Part shown: positions 25,134 through 32,000 of the stretch, one piece after another | Layout: each line of letters begins with the position of its first letter | Position numbering within the stretch: the first letter of the stretch is position 1 | From: an uncultured Verrucomicrobiota bacterium | GTDB lineage: Bacteria > Verrucomicrobiota > Kiritimatiellia > CAIVKH01 | DNA length: 32,000 bases | Direction: 5' to 3' | Assembly: GCA_937996795.1 (NCBI GenBank) | Contig: CALKUH010000038.1 | Coordinates: 92,226-124,225, forward strand | The notes under the pieces: model-generated | The model's database searches: none | The model's input: only the letters and a program-made list of their open reading frames with translations | What the model was told of the DNA's origin: nothing | Program-made: the position numbers and the translations under genes

Positions 25134-25578
25134 TAACCACGAAATACACGAATCACACGAAAGGGGGGCTTGTGGCGGAAATCGTTTATCCGGAGGAGAG
25201 CTATCGGATTCAGGGAGCTTGCTTTGAAGTCTACAAGGAAAAGGGGTGCGGCTTTCTTGAGCCGGTTTACCAGGAATGTCTGGAAATCGAACTCGAACTG
25301 CGGGGCATAGCGTTTCGAAGCCAGCCTGAGTTGTCGATCAGCTACAAAGGTCGCCTGCTAAAACAAACCTATCGGCCGGATATTGTGTGCGAAGGAAAAA
25401 TCATTATCGAACTCAAGGCGGTCTCCAAACTGCTGGATGAGCATCGCGCTCAGGTTCACAACTACCTCCGCGCAACCGGCCTTCGCTTGGGCATTCTGGC
25501 TAACTTCGCCCACTTTCCCAAGCTCGAGTACGAGCGAATCGTAATCTAATTTCGTGTGTTTCGCGTATTTCGTGGTTA
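25134..25578 (+). mobile_element. Putative IR-bounded cassette: 29-nt terminal inverted repeats enclosing a single GxxExxY gene
   Basis: Left arm 25134-25162 and the reverse complement of the right arm 25550-25578 are 27/29 identical. The interior is about 43-53% GC on sampled lines, versus ~67% in the flanks. It sits exactly between the proB stop and the proA start. Confidence 0.45.
25172..25549 (+). CDS. GxxExxY-family protein (PD-(D/E)XK nuclease superfamily)
   Basis: 125 aa, GTG start. GFLEPVY matches G-x-x-E-x-x-Y. RPDIVCEGKIIIELKA matches the D...E-x-K nuclease core. Confidence 0.85.
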   Translation: MAEIVYPEESYRIQGACFEVYKEKGCGFLEPVYQECLEIELELRGIAFRSQPELSISYKGRLLKQTYRPDIVCEGKIIIELKAVSKLLDEHRAQVHNYLRATGLRLGILANFAHFPKLEYERIVI

Positions 25579-25590
25579 AATGAAAAAGCT

Positions 25591-26844
25591 ATGAACCTTC
25601 ATGAAGAGATGATTGCGATGGGGGATCGGGCGGTGGGGGCGGCGCGCAAGCTGGCGCAGCTTTCGGCCCGGCGCAAGAACAGCATCCTCGAAGCCATGGC
25701 GGCGGAGCTGGATGCCCGGCGTGCGGAGCTCAAGGAAGCCAATGCGCGGGACATGGAAGCCGCGAAGGCGGCGGGCATTTCCGGCGCGATGCTGGATCGC
25801 CTGCTGCTGACCGACAGCCGCATTGACGGCATGATCAAAGGCATCCGTGATGTCGTCGGCCTGAAGGACCCCGTCGGCCAGAAGATCAGCAAATGGCTGC
25901 GTCCCAACGGGCTCGAAATCGTAAAGGTCCGCGTGCCCATCGGCGTCATCGCGATCATCTACGAATCGCGCCCCAACGTGACGGCGGATTCGTCGATCCT
26001 CTGCATCAAAACCGGCAACGCGGTCATCCTGCGCGGCGGCAAGGAAGCGCTGCACTCGAACCAGGCGATTGCCGAGGCGCTGCAGGCGGGCGGAAAGAAG
26101 AAGGGCCTGCCCGACCACGCGCTGCAGGTCATCGGCACGACGGATCGCGAGGCGATTCGCGAACTCGTGCAGCTCGAAGGCCGCGTCGATCTCGCCATCC
26201 CCCGCGGCGGCGAGGGGCTGATCCGCGCGGTCACCGAGCAAGCGCGCGTGCCGGTCATCAAACACTACAAGGGCATCTGCTACATCTACGTGCACGAGAC
26301 GGCGGACACGGCGATGGCGTTGCGGATCATCGAGAATGCGAAGTGCCAGCGGCCCGGCGTCTGCAATGCGGCGGAGCATGTGCTGGTGGACCAGTCCATC
26401 GCGGCGGCGTTCCTGCCCGAACTGGCGAAGACGCTGCGCGCGCGCAACGTCGAACTGCGCGGCGACGAGGCGGCGCGCGCGATTGTCACCGACATGAAGG
26501 CCGCGACCGACGCGGATTGGGACACCGAATACCTCGACCTCATCCTGGGCGTTAAAGTGGTGCCCGGCGTGCAGGCGGCGATCGATTTCATCAACCGCCA
26601 CGGCTCGCACCACTCCGACGCCATCGTCTCCGCGGATCCCGTCGCCCAGCGCGAGTTCACCGAGCAGGTGGACTCCGCGACGGTGTACGTGAACGCGTCG
26701 ACGCGGTTCACCGACGGCGCGGAATTCGGGCTCGGCGCGGAAATCGGCATCAGCACCGACAAGCTGCACGCCCGCGGCCCGATGGGGTTGGAGGAATTGA
26801 CGACGTACAAGTACGTCATCCAGGGGACGGGGCAGATTCGGTGA
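25591..26844 (+). CDS. proA: Gamma-glutamyl phosphate reductase
   Basis: 417 aa. Catalytic Cys context PGVCNAAEHVLV, and a typical ProA C-terminus ...LTTYKYVIQGTGQIR. Confidence 0.95.
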   Translation: MNLHEEMIAMGDRAVGAARKLAQLSARRKNSILEAMAAELDARRAELKEANARDMEAAKAAGISGAMLDRLLLTDSRIDGMIKGIRDVVGLKDPVGQKISKWLRPNGLEIVKVRVPIGVIAIIYESRPNVTADSSILCIKTGNAVILRGGKEALHSNQAIAEALQAGGKKKGLPDHALQVIGTTDREAIRELVQLEGRVDLAIPRGGEGLIRAVTEQARVPVIKHYKGICYIYVHETADTAMALRIIENAKCQRPGVCNAAEHVLVDQSIAAAFLPELAKTLRARNVELRGDEAARAIVTDMKAATDADWDTEYLDLILGVKVVPGVQAAIDFINRHGSHHSDAIVSADPVAQREFTEQVDSATVYVNASTRFTDGAEFGLGAEIGISTDKLHARGPMGLEELTTYKYVIQGTGQIR

Positions 26845-26861
26845 ATTGGAGATTGCGCGAG

Positions 26862-26924
26862 CTGTAGCCGCGACCGCTGGTCGCGGCCTGCAAACCGCCC
26901 CGCGGTCAACGACCGCGGCTACAG
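26862..26924. repeat. Structured ~60-nt element: CTGTAG...CTACAG closing stem around two GC hairpins (copy 1)
   Basis: Outer stem 26862-26867 with 26919-26924. Hairpin 1 is GCCGCGACC/GGTCGCGGC (26867-26875 with 26879-26887). Hairpin 2 is CCGCGGTC/GACCGCGG (26900-26907 with 26911-26918). It fills the convergent proA/thioesterase gap. Confidence 0.7.
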
Positions 26925-26927
26925 GAA

Positions 26928-27359
26928 TCAGTCACCGGTCACCTTCTTCTGGAACCCTGCCGGCGCCTCGGCGAGGCGTTTCGCGGCGTAGTCAAAGAAC
27001 ACAAAGCCCGTGGTCGCGCGGGCGACCTCCGTCGCGCCGCTGTCCTTGGTCACCAGGTAGACGAGTTCAAAGCCGCGACGCCCCCACTCCGCCACGGCGA
27101 TCTGCACCTGCACGACATCGCCATAGACCAGTTCGGCTTTGAAGCGGACCGCGAGGTCGATGAGGATCAGGCCCACGGGGTCGGCGAGCAGTTCCGAGGG
27201 ATAGCCGAGGCTGCGCAACCACTGCACGCGCGCCTCCTGGATCAACGACAACATCGTGTCGTTTCCGACGTGCCGCCCGTAATTCAGGTCCGTGATGCGG
27301 ACGGGGATCGTCGCGGTGAACAGCCATTTCTCCGGCACTTCAATCTTCTGGCGAGGCAT
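26928..27359 (-). CDS. Acyl-CoA thioesterase, 4HBT/YbgC-type hotdog fold
   Basis: Start at the ATG at 27359 (MPRQKIEVPEKW...). The VRITDLNYGRHVGND catalytic-Asp region is typical of the 4HBT family. The upstream part of the ORF (to 27746) is antisense to the next gene. Confidence 0.8.
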   Translation of the reverse strand: MPRQKIEVPEKWLFTATIPVRITDLNYGRHVGNDTMLSLIQEARVQWLRSLGYPSELLADPVGLILIDLAVRFKAELVYGDVVQVQIAVAEWGRRGFELVYLVTKDSGATEVARATTGFVFFDYAAKRLAEAPAGFQKKVTGD

Positions 27360-27417
27360 GGAATTTTCCTCACAATTTGTTACTATTTGCTTCCTATTGT
27401 GGCGAAGGGAATAGCGG

Positions 27418-27870
27418 ATGCAAAAACTATTCGACCAGGTGGACCCGCGCATTGCGGGGTGGATGGAGCGGAACGGGGTGCGGTTGCTCCGCATCTCGGT
27501 CGGGATCGTCTTTGTCTGGTTCGGCGCGTTAAAAACCATCGGCATGAGCCCGGCGCAGGAGCTGGTGGCGCGGACGGTGTACTGGTTCCCGCCGGAGGTG
27601 TTCATCCCGATCCTCGGCTGGTGGGAGATCCTGATCGGCCTCGGCCTGCTGATCCGTCCGCTCGCGCGGCTGGCGATTGCGCTGCTGTTTCTCCAGATGC
27701 CCGGCACGTTCCTGCCGCTGGTCCTGCTGCCGGACATCTGTTTCACCGCGATTCCTTACGGCCTGACCATCGAGGGGCAGTACATCGTCAAGAACCTCGT
27801 CCTCATCAGCGCCGCGCTGGTCGTCGGCGGCACGGTGCGGATGGAAAGTTCGGCGGGCCGGAAGCTGTGA
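27418..27870 (+). CDS. Integral membrane protein, DUF417/YkgB-like (DoxX-like fold)
   Basis: 150 aa, about 4 TM segments. LLRISVGIVFVWFGALK and GQYIVKNLVLISAALVVGG resemble YkgB-family proteins as recalled from memory. Confidence 0.6.
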   Translation: MQKLFDQVDPRIAGWMERNGVRLLRISVGIVFVWFGALKTIGMSPAQELVARTVYWFPPEVFIPILGWWEILIGLGLLIRPLARLAIALLFLQMPGTFLPLVLLPDICFTAIPYGLTIEGQYIVKNLVLISAALVVGGTVRMESSAGRKL

Positions 27871-27907
27871 CCCGCGAACCGCTGAGGCGCGGGGCCGTTA
27901 TCCGGTA

Positions 27908-27935
27908 TTGACGCTCCGGCCCCTTTATTTACTAT
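27908..27935 (+). promoter_or_regulatory. Candidate sigma-70 promoter for the SAM riboswitch-metYX transcript
   Basis: TTGACG (27908-27913), 16-nt spacer, TACTAT (27930-27935). It lies ~35 nt upstream of the aptamer. Confidence 0.4.
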
Positions 27936-27971
27936 GTCCCCCTACTCGTTGCCGTCCGCGGATGCGGGCGG

Positions 27972-28080
27972 CACATCGAGAGTGGCGCGAGGGACCTGGC
28001 CCGATGACCGCCCAGCAACCTGTCCCGCAACTCGCGGGATAAGGTGCCAACGCCAGCCCCGGTTTCGGGGGAACGATGGG
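27972..28080 (+). promoter_or_regulatory. SAM-I (S-box) riboswitch aptamer
   Basis: ATCGAGAGTGGCGCGAGGGACCTGGCCCGATGACCGCCCAGCAACC...GGTGCCAACGCCAGC...GAACGATG matches the S-box core nearly position for position. P1 is CATCG/CGATG. P3 is TCCCGC/GCGGGA. P4 is CCCCG/CGGGG. It lies upstream of metY-metX. Confidence 0.85.
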
Positions 28081-28240
28081 CCTCGATAGTTGAGGAATGC
28101 GGACCTGTCTTCCCCTCCCTCCGCGGCGGCCGCTGGGCTCCCATCGTACTCGTCCTTCGTCGTCGTCCCCGTCCTCGAACCGATTCGAGGACGAGGAGGA
28201 GAACGCGGACGAGAACGACGTAGAAAAGGAGAAGCGCAGC

Positions 28241-29530
28241 ATGAAACTCGAAACCCTGTGCCTGCATGGCGGAACGCAACCGGACCCCACCACCCTGTCC
28301 CGCGCGGTGCCGGTTTATCGCACCTCGTCGTTTGTGTTCAAAAACACGGAACACGCGGCGAACCTTTTTGCGCTCAAGGAGCTGGGGAACATCTACACGC
28401 GGCTGATGAACCCGACGACGGATGTCCTCGAAAAGCGCGTGGCGCTGCTGGAAGGCGCGCCGGAGTTCGGCGGCCTCGGCGTCGCGTCGGGCACATCGGC
28501 GATTTTCTACTCGCTGATCAACCTCGCGCAGGCGGGCGACAACATCATCTCCGGCCGCAACCTCTACGGCGGCACGTACACGCAGTTCAACGACATCCTG
28601 CCCGCGCTCGGGATCACGGTGAAGTTCGTCGACTCGCAGAACCCGGAGAACTTCGCGAAGGCGATTGACGCGAAGACGCGCGCACTGTTCGTCGAGAGCG
28701 TGTCGAACCCGGCGCTGGAGGTGACCGACATCGAGGCCATCGCGAAGATCGCGCACGCGCACGGGCTCCCGCTGATTGTCGACTCGACCTTCTCGACGCC
28801 GTACCTCACGCAGCCCATCGCGTTCGGCGCGGACATCGTCGTACATTCACTCACGAAGTGGTTCGGCGGACACGGCACCGGCATCGGCGGCATCGTCGTG
28901 GATTCCGCGAAGTTCAACTGGGCGGCGGGCAAACATCCGCTGTTCGACAAGCCGGACACGTCCTACCACGGCCTGCGCTGGGGGCACGACCTGCCCGCGC
29001 CGCTCGCGCCGCTGGCCTACATCCTGCGCATGCGCACGGTGCCGCTGCGCAACCTCGGCGCATGCATCGCGCCGGACAACTCGTGGATGTTCCTGCAGGG
29101 CATCGAGACGCTGCCGCTCCGGATGGAGCGCCACTGCCAGAACGCACTCGCCGTCGCGCAGCACCTCAAGGGCCACAAGCTCGTCGAGTGGGTGCGCTTC
29201 CCCGGCCTGAAGGACGACCCGGAATACGCGAAGAACGTGAAGTACCTCAAGGGCAAGGGCGGTTCGATGGTCGTGTTTGGCATCAAGGGCGGCGGCGCGG
29301 CCGGCGCGAAGTTCATCAACAGCCTCAAGCTGCACTCGCACCTCGCGAACGTCGGCGACGCGAAGAGCCTCGCGATCCACCCGGCCACCACGACGCACTC
29401 GCAGCTCAACGAGCAGCAGCAGCGCGGCGCGGGCATCACGCCGGAACTCGTGCGCCTGTCCGTCGGCATCGAGCACATCGACGACATCGTGGCCGACCTC
29501 GACCAGGCGCTCGCGGCGTCGCAGAAATAG
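28241..29530 (+). CDS. metY: O-acetylhomoserine (thiol)-lyase / sulfhydrylase
   Basis: Start at the ATG at 28241 (MKLETLCLHGG), with AAAAGGAGAAG upstream. PLP lysine in HSLTKWFGGHG. The C-terminus RLSVGIEHIDDI is typical of the Cys/Met PLP family. Confidence 0.92.
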   Translation: MKLETLCLHGGTQPDPTTLSRAVPVYRTSSFVFKNTEHAANLFALKELGNIYTRLMNPTTDVLEKRVALLEGAPEFGGLGVASGTSAIFYSLINLAQAGDNIISGRNLYGGTYTQFNDILPALGITVKFVDSQNPENFAKAIDAKTRALFVESVSNPALEVTDIEAIAKIAHAHGLPLIVDSTFSTPYLTQPIAFGADIVVHSLTKWFGGHGTGIGGIVVDSAKFNWAAGKHPLFDKPDTSYHGLRWGHDLPAPLAPLAYILRMRTVPLRNLGACIAPDNSWMFLQGIETLPLRMERHCQNALAVAQHLKGHKLVEWVRFPGLKDDPEYAKNVKYLKGKGGSMVVFGIKGGGAAGAKFINSLKLHSHLANVGDAKSLAIHPATTTHSQLNEQQQRGAGITPELVRLSVGIEHIDDIVADLDQALAASQK

Positions 29531-29556
29531 GAAAGGAGCTGGAAAATCAGCCGATT

Positions 29557-29616
29557 CTGTAGCCGCGCTCGTTGAGCGCGGGCGCTTACGAACGCGGTCA
29601 GCGACCGCGTCTACAG
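29557..29616. repeat. Structured ~60-nt element: CTGTAG...CTACAG closing stem around two GC hairpins (copy 2)
   Basis: Outer stem 29557-29562 with 29611-29616. Hairpin 1 is CCGCGCTC/GAGCGCGG (29563-29570 with 29574-29581). Hairpin 2 is CGCGGTC/GACCGCG (29593-29599 with 29603-29609). It lies between metY and metX. Confidence 0.7.
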
Positions 29617-29652
29617 CATTAAACACCCGGGGCTCAACTTTCCGCCTTCGAT

Positions 29653-30831
29653 ATGCCCAATCCATCCAAAGTAAAATCCGACCTCGGCGACGTGGAGACG
29701 AAGTTCTTCACGTTCGCCGACCGGCGCCATCCGTTCGTCTTCCAGTCGGGCGAGAAGTTCGCGCCGGTGACGCTGGCCTACGAGACGTACGGCACGCTGT
29801 CGCCGCAGAAGGACAACGCGATCCTGGTGTTCCACGCGCTCAGCGGCAGCCAGCACGCGGCGGGCGTGAATCGCGCGGTCAAGGGCGTGGGCCGGCTCTG
29901 GACGGAAGAGCTGCACCTCGGCTGGTGGGACGACTTCATCGGGCCGGGCAAGGCGTTCGACACGAACCGCTATTTCGTGATCTGCGCCAACTATGTCGGC
30001 GGCTGCTACGGCTCGTCCGGCCCGGTCTCGCGCAACCCCAAGACCCGGGCGCCGTTCGGACGCGCGTTCCCGACGGTGATGTTCAGCGACATCGTCGATT
30101 CACAGATTGAGCTGCTGAACCACCTCGGCATCGACCGCCTGCACGCCGTCGCGGGCGGCTCGCTCGGCGGCCTGTGCGCGACGAACCTTGCGGTGCGGCA
30201 TCCGGACCGCGTCGGCGTCGTCATCGCCATCGCGTCGGGCATCGAGGTCTCGATCCAGCAGCGCATCCTGAACTACGAGCAGATCTGCGCGATTGAAGAG
30301 GACAAGTTCTTCAACGGCGGCCACTACTACGGGCGCAAGCATCCGGAACGTGGCCTCGCGCTGGCGCGCATGATCAGCCACAAGACCTTCGTGTCGCTCG
30401 ACATGATGGCCGACCGCGCGCGCACCGAGGTTGTGCGGCCGGAGGAGGATCGCGACAAGTGGTATTGGATGAGCCACCCGGTGGAGTCCTACCTGCGCAA
30501 CCAGGGCTTCAAGTTCGTGAAGCGGTTTGATGCGAACACGTATCTGCGCATCATCGACGCGTGGCAACGGTTCAACCTCATCGCGGACACGGGCAAGGCG
30601 TCACACGAGGAGATTTTCGCCGCCTGCCGCAAGCAGCGCCACCTCGTGTTCACCATCGAGAACGACGCCTGCTTCGCGCCGGAACAGCAGGACCAGCAGT
30701 GCCGCGCCCTGCGCAAGGCCCGCGTCCCGCACCAGCACATCACCGTCCACTCCGACAAGGGCCACGACTCGTTCCTGCTGGAGCCCGAGCTCTACACCCC
30801 GCACATCGCGTATTACCTGCGCGAGGGGTAG
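29653..30831 (+). CDS. metX: Homoserine O-acetyltransferase
   Basis: 392 aa. HALSGSQHAAG, nucleophile elbow GGSLGG, and a C-terminal catalytic-His region HSDKGHDSFLLE. Confidence 0.93.
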   Translation: MPNPSKVKSDLGDVETKFFTFADRRHPFVFQSGEKFAPVTLAYETYGTLSPQKDNAILVFHALSGSQHAAGVNRAVKGVGRLWTEELHLGWWDDFIGPGKAFDTNRYFVICANYVGGCYGSSGPVSRNPKTRAPFGRAFPTVMFSDIVDSQIELLNHLGIDRLHAVAGGSLGGLCATNLAVRHPDRVGVVIAIASGIEVSIQQRILNYEQICAIEEDKFFNGGHYYGRKHPERGLALARMISHKTFVSLDMMADRARTEVVRPEEDRDKWYWMSHPVESYLRNQGFKFVKRFDANTYLRIIDAWQRFNLIADTGKASHEEIFAACRKQRHLVFTIENDACFAPEQQDQQCRALRKARVPHQHITVHSDKGHDSFLLEPELYTPHIAYYLREG

Positions 30832-30867
30832 GAAGATTCACCGCGGAGGTGCGGGGGGACGCTTGCC

Positions 30868-30937
30868 CGTTCACATTCTCGTACACGTGCACGTACACGA
30901 ACTCCGTGAACGTGTACGTGAGACGTGCACGTGAACG
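30868..30937. repeat. CACGT-rich imperfect palindromic element (family copy 2)
   Basis: CGTTCAC (30868-30874) pairs with GTGAACG (30931-30937). CACGTACACG (30890-30899) pairs with CGTGTACGTG (30911-30920). It shares GTGAACGTGTACG and TCGTACACG with 6955-7018 and sits in the convergent metX/queG gap. Confidence 0.6.
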
Positions 30938-30953
30938 CGGGGGGGGCGCATGA

Positions 30954-32000
30954 TTAACCCTTGAGGCGCGCGAGCGCCCAGGCGGCGTGTTCGCGGATCA
31001 ACTCTTCCGGGTCGGTCAGCGCGCGCTCCAGCGCCGGGATGGCTTCGGGTGATCCGGAATTGCCCAGCGCCACGCAGACGTTGCGCAGCAGGCCGCGGCG
31101 TTTGGTGCGAGGGACGGGGGTATGGCGGAAGCGGTCGCGGAAGCCCGCGTCGTCGAGCGCCAGCAACTCCGTCAGCCGGGGCGCGGCGAACTCCGGGTCG
31201 TAGCGCAGAAAACGGGTCCGGCCCGGTTTCGCGTATTGTTTCACCCACGGGCAGACGCTCTGGCATTCGTCGCAGCCGTAGATCCAGTTTTTCATCTTGG
31301 GACGAAGCGTCTCCGGGATCGCTCCGCGGTGTTCGATCGTGAGGTAGGAAATGCACAGGCGGCTGTCGAGGATGTAGGGCGCGGGGAACGCGTGGGTCGG
31401 GCATACGTCCTGGCAGCGGCGGCAGCTTCCGCAGGTGCCCGTGCGTTCGTCCACCGGCGCGTCGGGTTCCAGGTCGAGGTCGAGCAGCAGTTCGCCGAGG
31501 AAGAGGTAGGACCCCCATTCGGGATGGATCACGAGCGTGTTTTTGCCGATGAATCCGAGCCCGGCCTGCGCCGCCCACTCGCGTTCCAGCACGGGTCCGG
31601 TGTCCACATACGCGCGGTTCACGACGGGCCGCCCGGTTTCCGCCTCAATCCACGCGGCGAGTTCGCGCAGGCGCGGCAGCAGCTCGTCGTGGTAATCGCG
31701 CCCCCACGCATAGCGCGCGATGCGTCCGCGCAGCGGGTCATTCCAAAGCTCCGGCGGCGGATCGGCGATGTGGTACGAAAGGCCCACCGAGAGCACCGAT
31801 TTCGCGCCCGCCACCACGCGCGTGACATCGCTCCGCCGCTCCGGTTCCCGCGCCAGCCACGCCATCTCCCCATGCCGCCCCTCCGCCAGCCACGCGTGGA
31901 ACGCCTCCGCCCGCGGCGCCCGCCCCGCCCGCGCCACGCCCGCGACATCGAACCCCAGCTCCAACGCCCGCTCTTTGATCCGTATGGAATCCACCGCCAT
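30954..32000 (-). CDS. queG: Epoxyqueuosine reductase
   Basis: 348 aa. Fe-S motifs CGSCRRCQDVCP and CDECQSVCP, plus a C-terminal HEAT-like repeat. The ATG is the last three bases of the window, so the gene looks complete, but an upstream start cannot be excluded. Confidence 0.9.
   Translation of the reverse strand: MAVDSIRIKERALELGFDVAGVARAGRAPRAEAFHAWLAEGRHGEMAWLAREPERRSDVTRVVAGAKSVLSVGLSYHIADPPPELWNDPLRGRIARYAWGRDYHDELLPRLRELAAWIEAETGRPVVNRAYVDTGPVLEREWAAQAGLGFIGKNTLVIHPEWGSYLFLGELLLDLDLEPDAPVDERTGTCGSCRRCQDVCPTHAFPAPYILDSRLCISYLTIEHRGAIPETLRPKMKNWIYGCDECQSVCPWVKQYAKPGRTRFLRYDPEFAAPRLTELLALDDAGFRDRFRHTPVPRTKRRGLLRNVCVALGNSGSPEAIPALERALTDPEELIREHAAWALARLKG

Noticed and set aside
27371-27401. 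CACAAT-N19-ATTGTG inverted repeat in the thioesterase/DUF417 divergent gap, as an operator
   Set aside because: It has only 6-nt arms in an AT-rich 58-nt promoter region, which is within chance expectation. It is noted but not called.
28097-28240. Upstream extension of the metY ORF (start at 28097)
   Set aside because: The extension translates the riboswitch expression platform into low-complexity SSSSPSSNRFEDEEEN. The strong Shine-Dalgarno and the family-typical MKLETLCLHGG start are at 28241.

Overview
GC-rich bacterial chromosome segment: hand counts give about 65-70% GC in coding DNA. Gene content has a Planctomycetes-Verrucomicrobia flavour, which is an impression only. It is almost entirely housekeeping. 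(1) A sulfate-assimilation and siroheme block: cysA (5' truncated by the window edge), cysK, a divergent CNNM/TlyC-type membrane protein, an Rrf2 regulator, Fe-S type cysH (APS reductase), cysD, cysN, a siroheme-synthase N-terminal-domain protein, a short hemA, and a HemC-SUMT-HemD triple fusion. (2) A predicted outer-membrane protein, an AsmA-like protein with a Gly/Ala repeat tail, a HIT hydrolase, a conserved hypothetical, a double-length M16 peptidase, a DUF1844 protein, a secreted EEP nuclease/phosphatase and a DAG-kinase-like lipid kinase. (3) Three tandem hsp20 genes, alaS, and proB and proA split by a GxxExxY nuclease-fold gene. (4) A thioesterase, a DUF417-like membrane protein, a SAM-I riboswitch driving metY-metX, and queG. 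No rRNA, tRNA, CRISPR array or classical IS element was seen. The unusual content is small and non-coding or intragenic: a 29-nt inverted-repeat pair that brackets exactly the GxxExxY gene between proB and proA, and recurs without cargo at the alaS stop codon; a roughly 0.7-kb low-GC, A/T3-codon patch inside alaS carrying an in-frame insertion of about 85 aa; a conserved module of about 65 nt with TT(C/G)CAACGTCTG direct repeats upstream of both cysD and alaS; two further dispersed structured repeat families; and truncated or fused tetrapyrrole enzymes. All convergent gene junctions in the window carry a palindromic element. Product calls come from motif recognition by eye; no database search was run.
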